A stretch of DNA of 64,000 nucleotides from Trichinella spiralis (Eukaryota), in assembly GCF_000181795.1 (NCBI RefSeq), contig NW_003526941.1, positions 11,049,159-11,113,158 of the forward strand. Reading direction: 5' to 3'. A program made the translations under genes and the position numbers. The number at the start of each line of letters is the position of its first letter. Position 1 is the stretch's first letter. Shown in pieces: positions 47,441 to 62,298 of this stretch. The notes beneath the pieces were generated by a model. It saw only the letters and a program-made list of their open reading frames with translations, was not told where the DNA came from and did not search any database.

Positions 47441-50400
47441 CAGTGGATACAAAGCGTACGGAACCGCGACGGCCGTGTGTCATACCGGTAAGACCTTGAC
47501 AGAGTGGCGGTTACGTGGGCAGCCAGTTGGCTCGCACCCAATGACCACCTTGCGACCATTGTACCTGTGATATAACGATCACTGGCCGTCTGAGCGGAAA
47601 CGAAGGCATGCCGCCAGTATGTTCGACACCGGCCACTACTACTGGTCAGTGTTTGTGTGCAATTATGCCGGTCGAGCAGTGGGCCAACAGGGACCATAGG
47701 GGGACAAACGTCGTGGCACCTTGCAACTGAAGAAGCGTAATTTATTTATTTGAGGGATGATTGAGCAAAAAAGATACACCACGTACACACATACACACAC
47801 ACACGCGCGCGCGCACTCTATTAGCCTAACCGGAAGGGAAGCAGACAGCACCACCACCGCTTGACCGATATGTTTCTTTACAAGTCCAGGTGATCACAAC
47901 ATTACAATTACAGAGTTTTTTTATCAGACAATTTTCTTCTTAAACTTGCTATTATTTCGCAGTTATAAAAACTGCTTATTATGCGAAATGAAGCAGTTGA
48001 ATTGTCTAACCTAAGTCTGAATGTCGAAGTGTCACCGTCGGATAGGCTCCCTTAGGGATTGTGCTTTTTTTTACACGAAAAACGATTCAACAACCTAATT
48101 CATCTCTGTTGCAAGGACCTGTTATTAGTATTATTGTCCATTTTCAATAGAGCTAATTTTCATTACATCCTGTCGTATTTCTTTTTCAATTCTAAATAAA
48201 TAAATATATATATATGTATGTGTTTTTTTTCACTCAAGCAACGTGTAATGATACCTGATGAGCTAGGATGTGCAATAGAAGAAGAATCCATTTTTGAAAA
48301 TGAAATAGGTCGTGGAGGTGAGTCATCTTTTCTTTACTTCTTTTGAAGTATTATCGAAGTGACCACCAGTTCTTTCCTCTGAAACAGTTGAAAAACTTTA
48401 AAAAAGATACAACAATGTTTTTTTAGGTTTTTTTCTTGCTTAATAGCTTTTGTTTAAAATTTTTAATCCAATCAATCAATCATATTGATCATGAATAGAA
48501 TAGAGCGGTGCTGGAAAAAGTTACATTTAGGAAATTTTTGCTACATTTATTCTTTGAATTTATTATTAATTGGAGAGAAAAAAAATGTTTTTCTATAATT
48601 GTTGATTATATTTGCACTAATTTGCTTGAAATTTGCTTGCAATTCAAACTGCGCTTTTTTCAGTTTCATTTCAATCTCTCGAACATATTCATATTAGAAC
48701 ATATTAGCTATTTGAAAAGGGACGAATTTTCCATTTTTGAGCAAAAAGTTTTTGGACAAATTGATGATTTTTGAATGCGCTTTTCAGTCAAATTTCACAG
48801 TTTGATACAGCCCAACTGGAATATTCAAAGAAAAAAAAGGTATACAACACAACGATGACCTTAGGTATTGAAAATTTCAGTACAAAACAATTATTGCATT
48901 TTAATGATAGCTCACAGAATCTGACAGAGTAAGATAGAAGGACAATATTTCATTGGCAATTGGTATCATAGGACCGGTGACGTCTCGTAAGCGTCATAGA
49001 CAGCCTGGCGTCATTTTCAATAAAGATTGGAAAATTTTTTTACAGTTCAACGATGCATAGCCCCGCCTGTTCTGTAAGAAATATTGACTTCCCAGTGGGG
49101 GGGGGAGAGCACCTGCATCTCGCCTGTATCTTGCAGTGTTAACAGATCGATCATCACCGTTGGTGACGTTCCCGAATCGCAAGACAGCTGCTAGCCGGCG
49201 GCAAAAATTGGACATAGCGCGCTCAAATAAATGCTCATTTTCAAGCGAACTTTGACAATTCCAATTCAAGGCAACATCCTCCAATTGCGCCAGTTCAAAT
49301 TTTACATTTTTTGGTTACATTATTTTTCCCTGTTTCTCATCTATCTCCAAGGCTGATTAATCTGCTTGTAATGTTTGCTCATCATCCTGCAAGCGGATAT
49401 GTACAAATAAGCCGCACTGGATTTAGATACCTCAGGATCAGTTGCAAGGTTAATATTATTAATTGGAAATGAAAACGTTTTACAATAAATAATCTTGACA
49501 ACGTGATCGTTTGGCAGATGTACAATGTCTGGGCCAAACCAGATCTATCTATACTAAATCGATTTTTGCAAATGTAAAGCCGCCCAGTAATAATAATAAT
49601 ATAACAGTAGAAATAGTACTGGTGAAGAATATCGGGGAATCTGGGACAATTTATTTGCATGAACATAGGAAGCAGAAAAAATGAACTAACTTAATAATTA
49701 TTCTGAACTAGGTGAATTCGAATACAATGATTTTTTATGGCTGTTTGTTCCTCAAAAATTCACATCGAAAAATAGTTGATATTATGCGCTAAACTATTCT
49801 GTAGTTGCTTACAATTGTGATATTGTGATACTTATTTCTAAAGATTTTAATTTTGCTTATTTATGCTAATTTTAAAATAATCAAATCAATTGGAAATTTT
49901 CTCCTAACCATAATACTTAATCTATAAACTCAATTCGATTGTGCAGATCAATTTGAATAAAAATAATAATGAAAAAGAGATCCGATTGATGATGTTGTAT
50001 AAAGTATATATTATTGCTATTGGTCTAGCAAAATAGGCTGAATTTCATCGAGAGCATTCATTCATTCAATCCATTTTGACCATCTGTATGTATTCTAATC
50101 AAACAGTATCACTGGTTGCTTGCTTGCTTGAAGTATCCGTTGCAGCTATAGCAGTTGATTCGGGATTTTAAAGCAAATTTTCAAAATAGTCAACAGACGA
50201 CACAGACAATTGATGTAAACAAAAATCGAACTGCTGAGTCTTGATAAATTTTTAGTTATAATCGAGAAAAAATGTTAACGAAAGCGAAATTGAAATGGAA
50301 CGAACAGAAATTATAATAATAGATGAATGAAATTTTCCAATTGTTGCGAACTATTTATTGTTAAGTAAAAGCGGCCGGGATGTGAATGAAAATGAATGAA

Positions 50401-53400
50401 AAAGGAAGCAGAAATGCATCAGAGTTTGGGATATTGTGTTCAGCAACGAACGACCGTTGCAGACGGCAAAGCCTAGCCTAGACTATTGTTGGGATTGATA
50501 CAGGCAAGCATATAATAAATAATAATTGAAGACTACAGTGGATGTGGCCATGTGCACCTGCGCCCGGCGACGACAAAACCTTCCAACTCGCATCAAGTGC
50601 AAGCTAGCCTGGTGGCTGTGGGCATTTTATTTGACAACTGAGAAAATGTTTCAACCAACCTGCTGCTTATTGGTGGCGGCTGACCTATGCACCACTTTTA
50701 CTGACTACAATTTATTGTCCTCTCCGACACGACACCAGTAGCAGCAGCTTTGTGCCTTTTACTTATTTGAGCCGTGTCAAGTATCAGTGTAAATGATGCT
50801 TTTAGCGCAGGTGGTTTCCACTGCTCAAAGTGGCTCTTGTTCTTCTCGGTCAGCTTATATATTTTTACACCAAAAAGAAAAAAATATGCACATATATATC
50901 TATCTATATATATAATATGTGTGTGTGTAAAATAATAAAACAATCTGTTGACTGGAACATACGCTAACGTGAAGCTAATCCTCGTGGACAGTGTGGGTTT
51001 ACTTCTGCGCAGGTCGAGTTCAACAGGGCCAATTTCGACCCGGCTCAATACACATCCATATGCTGACCAATGCATTATGCATACGGTGAAATGGTAAAGT
51101 GGCTGTCCTGTGCAGGACCAATTCTACTCGATTAACTAGCTTGACAGCTGGCGATCAAAAAAAAGTTCATAAAACGCTGCTAATTGTATACCACCGTCCA
51201 TAAGCTAACAACCAATCTGCTGTGGAAATATGGAAATCACCGTTCATCGTGGAACTGGAGCAAAAAGTGTTCATTTCGCTTTGTCAAAGAAAAAGCACAG
51301 GTGCTGCGATTGTTTGTTACAACACTACGCAGATAAGCATTTTGCAGAGTTGACGGAAAAATGAATGAAAAAAAACCTACTTTGATCACTTTGAAATTTA
51401 TTGTTATTGTTATAATTTTTTCCAACCTTGCAATATTTTTCATATAATATTGATAAAAATGTGCAGATTTTTCATTGAAAAGAAAACAATAATAGTTTTT
51501 TTTAAGTAAAAATAAAAACACTTTTTCAAATGGTTCAGGCAAAGAGAGAGAGAGAGGGGGGGAGGGGTAGAGGATTTTCACTTGTAAGCAAGCGCAGCAG
51601 AAAGGACATTCATTGCACGGTAATATAGACTTGAAGAAATGAATGTAAATTTATTTTACAAATGTAATAATCAGTGATTTGATATCATTCAAATTTGCTT
51701 GGAAAAGACATTAATGTGCATGCAAATGAATAATATTTTTTTGCATGTAAATTTGTACAGATTACGGATATCATTTCAAAGTTATATACATCTTTTCTTA
51801 CTGTCGTTAACCTTAATCTAAATTTGCTTATTAAATGAAGAACAATAAAGATCAATTTGGAAAATTCTTCAAATAATTCTCAAAGCTTCATTGAATTTTA
51901 AATTGTTTGCAAAAAACAAAAATTTTCCAAAATGCACACAATATTTAATTGAATTATCATCACATTCCTTTTATACAGCTATTTAATTGTTGAATATTTT
52001 CGTTTTTCAAAAACAAAAAATAATAATAATAGTCATATGAAAGTTGTATATTTTAGAAGAAAAATCATCCGGTGGTCATCTGTGAATCAATTTATCATTT
52101 CAACAAGAAAGCAGAAGTTGACAAGTGCAAAAAAGTAATTGATGAGCTTCAAAGAATTTTTCGTGCTTATTTTATACTTGTTGTTCCATTGCTCAATTTG
52201 TTTCAGTATTTATTGTCAATATGCATGCAATATAGGCATTGAAAAATATCACAATGATCGGAAAAATTGAACAAATGGAAAATGGAGAAGAGAAAATTCG
52301 CTGATTGATGAGGAATAAATATTTTTCAACTTTGCGAATATTGCTGCTGATTGCCGAAATCACCCACCATTGACAATGTGCCCAAGAAGCGTTCTAGAGG
52401 GGCAGTATGGAAAAGCAACCAGCAGAAAGAATCCTGCGGCTTTGAATTTGGCATACGGGCGGGCTGTCATCGAACGTTCAAAAATGCCGCTCAAATTTTT
52501 GAAATGTGCCATTTTTCAATTTCTCTCTTTCCTCTCCTGATAGCGGTGCTATTCACCACAACCGGCAAAACATTGATTCACAACTCATGACAGCAGATTT
52601 TCAATATCCAGAAATAGGCAGCTTTGATTTAAATCAATTTAATTTAAAACTACGTGATTCATAAATTTAACGGATGTAATTTTTCAAAGAAAAATGCAAT
52701 TCGAACTCATATTTCTATTATCATTTCAAATCAGATCACCAAAATCAATATTTTTCTAGTTCAAGTATAGCTGAATGCAAATTAGTTGATTGATAAGATG
52801 ATAATTTTGTTTACCGATTGCAAATTTCATACATTGAACCAATATATTTTATTGTTAGGTATCAATTATTCATAGTTTGAATTTACTCATAACAACCGAC
52901 TTATCGACTGATGTACTGCTGCTGATACTACTACGACTACTACTGCTGGTATTCTTTGGTTTTTCATCCGCAGAACATAATTCTCAGTGAATTTTTACAG
53001 AAGTCAACTTGAAATATTTATTCAAATCATGCATGTAAGTAAAAATTTACATATTTTTTCAATATTTGTTATACGTATCAAAGGTAGATTGAAATGTATT
53101 TTTTTACGGTGAGAAAAAAGTTATTGCTAAAAAAAATAAATACCTAACGCGGGAATTAATCAAAAAGTTTAGTGCGTGTGTGTGATATTCTCACGGTTGT
53201 TTTACACATCGAAAGCAACAATAATAATACTTTTTTCAATGTCATTCAATTTTGTATCATTTATGCTATCCAAGCTGACGGTGTAAACACGTTGAACAAA
53301 CAGTTTCAAATTTCACGCGGACAAATTTTTTATTTTCGACAAATTCTTCACCTTTATTCAGTTTCACTTCTATTCAACTTGTAATTCAAATTTTCAACAC

Positions 53401-56400
53401 TGTGCATCGCATGCTAACTTGAATGAATCATCGAAATTTTATGAAAATTAAAAAATTTTTTTACATGGGCAATATTTTCTGTTTTGTTCATTTGTTTTTG
53501 CACTATTTGAGAGATAGTAGGGTTGATTTTATGAAAATCATTCACGTACTCTTCCACCACCAATTAATTCTTGAACAATCTTCTTCTGAGCATCAACTTA
53601 TCCAATTCGATTTATTACTTTTACAATTATATATTTACTTGATTGCAATAAGGTGAAATAAATGTTAATGAAAACAAGGTAAGCAATGCAAATTTTTAAC
53701 CAGAGGATAAAATGCAAATTTTTTGAATTAAATTTAAGCATTTATCATTGTTAATGTTAACGTTACATGTTTATGGGATTCTGTTTCGAATAAAAATGTA
53801 AAAATTATGCAAAAGGTAAAACGATATTTTCAAGCAGCAAAAAGAAACAAAAATATATGAAAATCAGCGGTGAAATGAAAACGCGTATGTTTGAAATTGC
53901 TACGCATCATTAGCTTCTGCTTCTAGCTTTGTTGCTGCACTGCTTCAATAAAACAACAGAATTTGCAGGTGGAAATATATCCATTTTTCCTATTCAAAAA
54001 TGTCAATTGCAACATATAGGAAACGAACCACGAACGTTCCCAGCAAAGGAAGCAAAGAAAGAAAACAACAACAACAACAACACATATCCCCACCGTATGT
54101 ATGCTAAAAACTAGCCTTATCATGAATAACTATTTATTTATTTATTTATTGTTGCAACGGTTTTTTTACATTGCAATTCAGTTGAATCTGCAACTGAAAA
54201 TGGTGGGAAATTTTCAACCAACCAATTTGGGCTAACTTTTCAATCACCGCTACTGATCAAACAAAAATACTGAAATTGCTTTCAATTCAATCCCATAAGC
54301 AAACTACAAATTTACACTTTTGATAATTATTTTTTTAAATATTTTTTTAAAATTATTTTCCGTGAACTATTTTGCATTGTAAGCTCTTCCAGTGGATACT
54401 TTTCCCGCTTCAGCTGACCTTGGCCGACTGGCATCATTTGTGCTTATTATGGTCATGACCATGTCCGGTGCAACAGATGCTCTGTGCGAGGACGGTCCAA
54501 TTTTTACAACCACTACCGATAAAATCGATGAAGCAGATTTACTACAATCGAAAGCAGTTTTGATTCATTTTTCAAATCAAAACCAGAAACCATAGTCTGC
54601 CTGCATTACTGTTTTCTTTTCAAAACAACATTACACCATTTTCCTTAGATAATCGATGATTATAAACTTATTTACGTTGTATTTATTTATTCTATACGTA
54701 TTTTATTGGGTGCGCACACATTCATTCATAAAATACATAATCTAGAATGTTCCATTCACTCGAATGCGTGTATAATAACAATATTAAATAATGGCGGCGT
54801 GTTCATTTGGAACAATTTAGTAGAATTCGGATCCTATATTTTGACTATTTCCCATAATTTTGCGCAAGTTTAAATCCACTAACGTTTCATCATTTTACAT
54901 TCTTATTTATGTATGAGATTCAACAACAGCCGCAGCAAATTGTTCGTCATCGTTTTTCTACAATCCATGAATGAAAATTATGCACTGCAGTTGTATGCAA
55001 ATAAACTTATCATCATTTACTCAACTGCGAATGGTAGAATGCGGTGAAAACAATTTTACAAGAATTATTCAGTAATTAATTCACTACACTAGCTAACAGT
55101 GCCAGTACACATCTTTGTCCATCTTAATGTATCATCAGTTTGTTCATTATTATTTTCTTAATAATTCATATTTTACATTCTCTGCTTGTACAAATGATTA
55201 AAATGAAATTATTCAATCAACTGCTGAATGAAAAAGAAAAATTTACTTCCAAGTAGTCCTGTGCAAAGCGGAATACGAAGCTGATGCAAAAAGCGCAACG
55301 CGCGGGTATGTAAAATAAATAATTTTACCTTTGACTTTTTGATGATGATACATACAGTTGCCCAACTATAACAACAACATGGAAATTAATCACAGGATCG
55401 TATAAAAGTTGATGAATTGCTGTTCAGTGAATGCAATGAAAAATATAGGTAACAAAGCTTTTGGCTGGTCAACTTTGGTATCAGTAACAGCTTTTCTCTT
55501 GGTCAGGCCTGTTCATATTGCACGACTGTGAAACTTGACGCTGATTGGTCGACTCAAGTTATTATTGTGCACGTGCCTGTCTACTTAGCGGCATCTGTCG
55601 CATAATGTAAATGATGTGATAAAATTAAAAAAATATTTACTATTGACCTTGTTGGTCTATAACTGTTAATAATGGGTGGGGATCATCTGAAACCATTTGT
55701 ATGCATATATATATATGTGTGTGTGTATTGAATTATAAATCTATAAAGTATGAACGTGAGTAGATCAATCATATATAACGTTTGTGTGAATCTGAATAGT
55801 TTGGTTTTTTCTATCAGTTTCTATTATAATTTTACTTCTTATTGGACAACTTTGCTAACAACTATGGTTTATAATTGTGTGAGTTGGTGGTAGTTTTTGT
55901 CAAGTGAAAAATATCCTTTGCAGAAGAAGAAAGTGAGCAAAACTTTTAAAACATGCGTGTAAATTGAGATTGATTTTCAAAAGAAAATATTAAAGGAAAA
56001 AAAAGGAAAAATAGAGAGAATTTTTTGAAAATAATGCAAGATCGATTGACGAAGCTGTCAAGCTCTGAACCAAAGCGTGCGTGCATATTATTTAAATGAA
56101 CCGTGTCGTTTGATGTTTCACGTCCCGCCAGTTGGCCGACTCGATGATTGGTCCAAATGGACGCCATCAGTGGAAACATACCCGACAACCCGCGTCGGCT
56201 GGCTATTACTGCTGTCGGGTGTTGGTGATGATTTGTTGAAGTAGCTAGTCTCGATTTGTTCTTGTCAATTCACGTTGTTTGCAGGGGATAATTTATTTCA
56301 ATTGCACAACTCTCAGCGCGCATACACACACACAACCTTTGCTTTTGATATTTTGACAAGCGCCAGTCGATGTCAGCGGTTTGCTTTTGACTTGCTAGCA

Positions 56401-59400
56401 TATAGCATGCATGCTGTCGAGCACCGAAACACAACAATGGACTTGATTTCAAGGCGGCCATTGTTTTCAGCTTTTCACAAAGCATAAGCTAGAGAAGCTA
56501 ATGACCAGCGGGGACGCTATGCTAAGGCAAAGAACAGTTGTTCTTCTAGTCGTAAAAATGCAAAACAAAATTTCACTTTTGCAAAATTGAAAATTTCCCT
56601 TCCAAAATTCAACTTTGTTCTATATTAAAAATCAAGCATTGCTTTTGCACTTATAAAGCTTACACTTACACTGTGCACATATTGCTGTGATGAGGTTCAC
56701 TTTTCGTCACATTCACTTTTCACTGTATTGTGGTCATCAAATCATCATCAGTCGTCAAAATCCAATCAAAGCTCACACAATTGGACATTTTTGTCCGACG
56801 GCGGCTAGATTTTAAAGTGTTCTTTTTGCTATATAACATCACTCTCAATTTTGCTATAAACGTGTTCTTATTCTAAGCTAACTAATTAGCTGATGGGTGA
56901 ACTGAGGAAAAATGTGTATATATATATATACATAAAAACACCTAAAAATAAATAGTAATTAGGAATTTGAAAAGAATCAAATTCTCCATTTCACAAATAG
57001 ATTGATTGTTCAAAATTTTATATCCAAAAGATATTTACTTTATTATTTCAAGCGATTGTCATTTGAATGTTCAATTTCAGCAATAAAATTACTCCAACAA
57101 ATGAATGCTTTTACATCGCGCAGTTTTAGAAGAAATTGTTCCACTTGGATGTCATTTTCCATTTTCCTGTTTTATGATTGGTCATTTCATTACGCAAATT
57201 AATAAAAATAAGAAATTAAACAAGTTTAAAATTTCAAAATTCACATCCGTAGTTTTATAATGACAAATTTGAATGGAAGTCGCACTGATAAAAAAATTTA
57301 AGACAAGCCGAGCTATGTAACAATTTATACGGCATGCTAAAACTTTTACTTACAATTAGCTACATTCCACGTGCATTATATATTAGTCGTGTGAAAAGAA
57401 GGTTGAAAAAATGAGTCAGTTAGCTCATCAAAAGTCGGTTTGACCAAGTAATTGAAGGTTGTTATGTATTGTTGTGATGAATGATGCAATATGCATGCGT
57501 TCGTTGGCAAAGGGATTTTTCTCTTTTTGTACTTACTTGCTTGCATTCTTTATTCAATCTTTCTTCTATTTACAAAGAGCACGTACAAACTGTGATCGTG
57601 GAACAAAACCAATGTTTTGTCGTAATCAAATCTCCGCGTCAGTAGTCCTACTTTGGATTTCGCTTCGCTAATATTTACCTACCATTGTATATATCCAATC
57701 TGTGAAGATTGTATTGTTTATTTCTTTGCATGGTTTGAACTTTTGATTGCTGAGCTTTCAGCTTGCAATGCCAGCTATATTTCAAATTTATGAAAAATTG
57801 TCAATGTTTATAAAACCAAAAAGAGTAGTTTTTCGTTGATGATGGCAACATTTTCATTTATTTTAAAATTTAAAATAAGCAGTTTTAATGGATGAATTTT
57901 AATTTTTTCCCTCCCCCCCTCTCTCTCTCTTTTCAATCTATATTATTCTCTTATTTTATGGAATAAGCTTATTGAAATCGACTTTTTTGTTTGTTTGTCA
58001 GTTTGCTTTTGAATAAGGTATTCAAGCAAAAAGTGACAAAGCTTAAATAATGCGCCGGTTATCAATTGTTGAACAACAGCAACAACAAACAAATAATAAT
58101 AATAATAACAATAATAATAATAATGCACTACAGAATGCACGGTGCTGGTAATAATCTCTTTTAAAGGTATGTGATAAAATTAAATACGAATCTAGTGTTT
58201 TCATGTGCGATCATTGCAAATTCTGCTACAAGGAACTTCATAAAAGAGAAGATTTTTCTTAAGAAAAAATGTTTGTCCAAAACAAAAATTAGCCAGCTTA
58301 TTAGTTAAATGTATGAGAAAATTGAACAATAATTTGTTTGTCGTTCAGTGTTCAGTTTAAGGTGTAAAAATTGATGGGCAAATTCGATTAATTCGAGTAG
58401 CGTGGATTGATCAGTGTTAAGATAAAAATGTTTCTGGACAATTGGAAGAAACGAATGTTATTTGCTTACCTGACGTTTGATGAGAGCATTTGACGAACGG
58501 AGAAGTGAAAGTTAGTTGGTCGTCGTCGCAAAGAGATTGCTTGAAGAATATTCAAGCTTTATGACGATCCGCGATGCTCTTTGTTCGAAATCTTTGACGT
58601 AGAACAGACGCATATCGCGTCGAGTCAGACAAGAGACAGAAAAATAGACGGAAACCCCACAGGCGTGACATAGTCGGCAAAAGGTTCATGTTTTTTCTTC
58701 CCCCTCCCCTCTTCTTTTCCCAATTATCTATTTGCTTGTCAAAAATGCAATTGTCAGAACAAGATTATGATGCACCATAATCAACTTTCCAATATTGTAT
58801 ATTTTCCAACGGAAATTTGAATACGGGTCGTTGTGCGTTGTACCTGTTTAACCATGTATGCATAATCCGGATGTCCAATCAAGGAAGCGCTTCTCATTGG
58901 CTAGCGGGTGACAATTGAATAATGTTCGGTGTGGGTCAGTGTGTAGTGGTGGTTACCAGGGGATGTATTTGGAAATTTTTGTAACTTTTGATCGACAAAG
59001 CTTTTTGCCTTGACTCTGTAAAGCTGCGTTGACACCGTCGCGGCCTTCGGAGCATATTTTTCACGAGCATTGTTTGCTGTTCATAAGCGTTCATCTGCTG
59101 CTTGGTGGTGGTTGTGATCGGTAGTAATACGGATGGATTGACCAACCGTTCAGACGGAAGAGATTGACAAACTGGAACAAAACATTGTCTGTCCTTCAAA
59201 AAGCCTCTTTGCATAGCATTGCAATCTCGTTTCGTTGAATGGATTGAAAAATTTTCCACCGTGCAAAGTTGTGAAAATTCACTTGCTCGTCAAATATTTG
59301 CATTGAAATTTAAAAAAAAACAAACATACATACATACATATATATGATGGTATCAATATGGCATCAATTTTAAATTTGCAATTGTAAAAAGCAAATTTTG

Positions 59401-61534
59401 CAAAATGAGAAAATTATTTCATCTGTTGAATGAAAGCAATTCCCAAATATGAAGAAATATGGCTTTATCTGTTCATATCTCTATCCTAGGGGATTAACTT
59501 ATGGATGCGTTTTTTAACTTGCATAAAATCGATGATATGTTGAAATAGACAGCAGATGGCTTTATTTTAATTAACTGCGAATTGTTGAGCAAATATTCAT
59601 TTTTATTTATTTATTTATTCAAAATAAACTGACATGCAGTATCTTTACATGGAAGACAAACTTGGAAGGGAAGAATGGGCATCCGACAATGAAATGATAA
59701 TGAATTATTCGCCTAAGATTTCTGCATAGACAATTTCCAATATTTTTTTTACTGTAACATGATTGTTTTCATGTTGACTTGTAAATTTATTTGGTTTCTT
59801 AATTTGCTGTACATTGTGAGCAAATCTTCTAAATTATTATTATTATTTTCTATTTGTAAAAAATACTGCAAACTTTGATGATAAAAAAAGTTATCTTATA
59901 TAAGTTAATTCACAAAAATCACAAATAAACGAGTAGACGATTGATTGTTGGTAAATCTGTTCTTATGCAAATTCAACTTGAAAACTTAGCTGCTAGCAGT
60001 GCCAAACTTGCAATGAATGAATATTATTTGTGAAAGCACGCCCGCATTGAAATTGCACATTTAAAAAAATTTGAAAATAATTTTTAAATAATTTTATTGT
60101 TCTCTATTTCACGGTAAATTCAATATTAAATATTTTTTTTCTAATTCAAATTCATTTATCTTGTTTTTAAATCTCAGCTTTTGATTGTTTCTATTCAGCT
60201 CAATCAACTTACTTTTGAAAGTGAACACGCTGACCACCACCAGATGAGGATTGGAAAAGTTGAAAAAGGTCTTCAATCATTGCGGATGCTGTGCAGTTGG
60301 CAAACTTTTATCTCATCGATAAAGATCACAGATGGAAAGAAAGAGTAGCATGCAAAAGCAGTTGTGGACTTCTTCAATCATGGACGTCTCCAACTGAGGT
60401 GAGTTTATTTTTGTAAATGCCATTTACGCGAATTCACAGTCTTTGAATTATTCACATATTTCTGATATATCAAAAAGAAGAGAGGGAAATAATTTTCAAA
60501 AGCTCTCGTTAGGTAATATTCATAATTTCACAGGATCAACTGAATATGAAGCCTTGAAATGGCTTCTAATTTATACTTTTTGCATTTCATTCAATAATTA
60601 TTTTTCATTAAATCAGAAAACAATAAGCATCGCATGTTCAAGAGGATTCACTACGCACATAGGGCGTTGTTCTTTTCCTTTTTTTGTTTTATATTTTGAA
60701 AGCATTTCATTTGAAATTATCCAATTGGAATAATTTTTTTTATCTTGAATGAATATTCTCCATTGTTACTCATTTTGTCTACTTTATTTGTATGCGATCG
60801 TTTGCCAATTTTATCATTTTCATTCAAACGTCCAGGAATTTGAGCCATTTGAATTTTCAAATCAGGCGGATCAGTTTTGCATGAGTTGCACGCAATTGTG
60901 AAGTGATAATTTAAAGCTTTTGAAATAGAAAATATGAACAAAAAGAATTTCATCGCTAAAAACGGCGGATGTGTGTAGTAGTCATTTTGCATAATTTTAT
61001 TATTGAAATTCAACAACAACTTCTTTTTTGCAAATGTGTCAGCGAAATTATAAAGGCATAAAATAAATCCCTTTGTAGACAACAAGAGTAAATAATTGTT
61101 CTCTAACAAACATTGAAATTCAAGTAAAAATTTCAAGTCATTTCATATTGTCGGTTATTTTTCTGTGAATTATGTGACATAAATTATTGTGCATGTTCTT
61201 GTATATGCAGTGTTTGTTTAATATATTATTAGAAAATTTTTTCTTCTTCTGACTCATTTTCATTGAAAAATATCCGATATATCTATCAGGATCAGACAAA
61301 AAAGAAATACAAAGCAAAGTAAGGTAGAATTTCAAGTTCAAATGAACAAACTCTTTTAATTGAATTGCATACAACTGGATTTTCAGAAATGTCGTTCTCA
61401 CGCACAGAACAAAAATTAATGTGATTACTTTCTTTCATTGGTTCTTTTCGTATGAAAAACACTTTTATAAAAATATTATTTATGCAGTATTTATACATTT
61501 ATTTGTATTTCACTTTTTACATCAAACGTATAAT

Positions 61535-62298
61535 TTATACTTTTCTCTGCTTTCTGGGTCTTGGGCCAAGTTCTGGCAGAGGGGTGTCATCTGTAATTGA
61601 GATTATCTTCAATCCGGACAATGCCATTCCTTTTATAGAAGACGAACGCCCAGGACCCAATCCTTTGAGCACTACACGCGCACTTGTTATACCTCTTCTT
61701 AAAGCTTTCAAACCTGCAGCAATGCCTGTCGATTGTCCAGCCACTTCGGTCTTTTTTTTGCAATTTTTGAAACCTTCCAATCCACAAGTAGTCATAACTT
61801 GAAATCTGCCAACTGAGTCTGTGAATGTGATTTTGGTATTGTTCTTTGAACATTTCACGTAACAAATTGGCGTATCTTCGAATGGAATTCCATAAAATAG
61901 TTGTTTGAAAGTTTCATAAGTGGGAAAATTCCCACTCGCCTGAAAACACAATTAATTCATTATGTTTTTATTAGCAAAATTCTCAGCAGTCTGCTTTTTC
62001 GTCCTGTTTTTTACAAATTCAGAAAATCCTATTGCATATAAGCTATATTTGGCTAAAATATGCTTTTAAATTGATAAAAATAACACTGTTATTAATGGAA
62101 AACTGTAAAATTCACTTCTGTCTGTGCAGTTTCGTAATATTTTTCCCCTTCGACACCCTCTTCCACTTTTGAAGAACCGATAAGATGCTCGCGACGATCC
62201 ATACGGCCTCCCAAAGTTGAAGATAAGCTCAGGCATCTTGTTACCGGCGCCAGTAACGTTACCGAGTATGAGAAATTTTTCAAAGCTGAAGAAAGCAT
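61535..62298 (-). CDS. MRPS11: Mitochondrial ribosomal protein S11 (uS11m); exons 62116-62298 and 61535-61939
   Basis: Presequence-like N-terminus (MLSSALKNFS..TRCLSLSS), then FPTYET..QLFYGIPFEDTPICYVKCSKNNTKIT, TCGLEGFKNCKKKTEVAGQ, RVVLKGLGPGRSSSIKG..GLKIISITDDTP...PRPRKQRKV. Confidence 0.93.

Noticed and set aside
55911..55919. ATATCCTTT, an AT-AC-type donor look-alike
   Set aside because: No upstream exon, U12 branch site or AC acceptor with a coding continuation is apparent; it is plausible by chance in AT-rich DNA.
60280..60380. Minus-strand translation contains PSVIFIDEI, resembling an AAA ATPase Walker B motif
   Set aside because: The frame is short and closed by stops, with no Walker A or supporting exons; probably coincidental.
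60717..61498. Short AT-rich minus-strand ORFs downstream of MRPS11
   Set aside because: No recognisable domain, and I could not build a consistent spliced model. A lineage-specific gene is not excluded.
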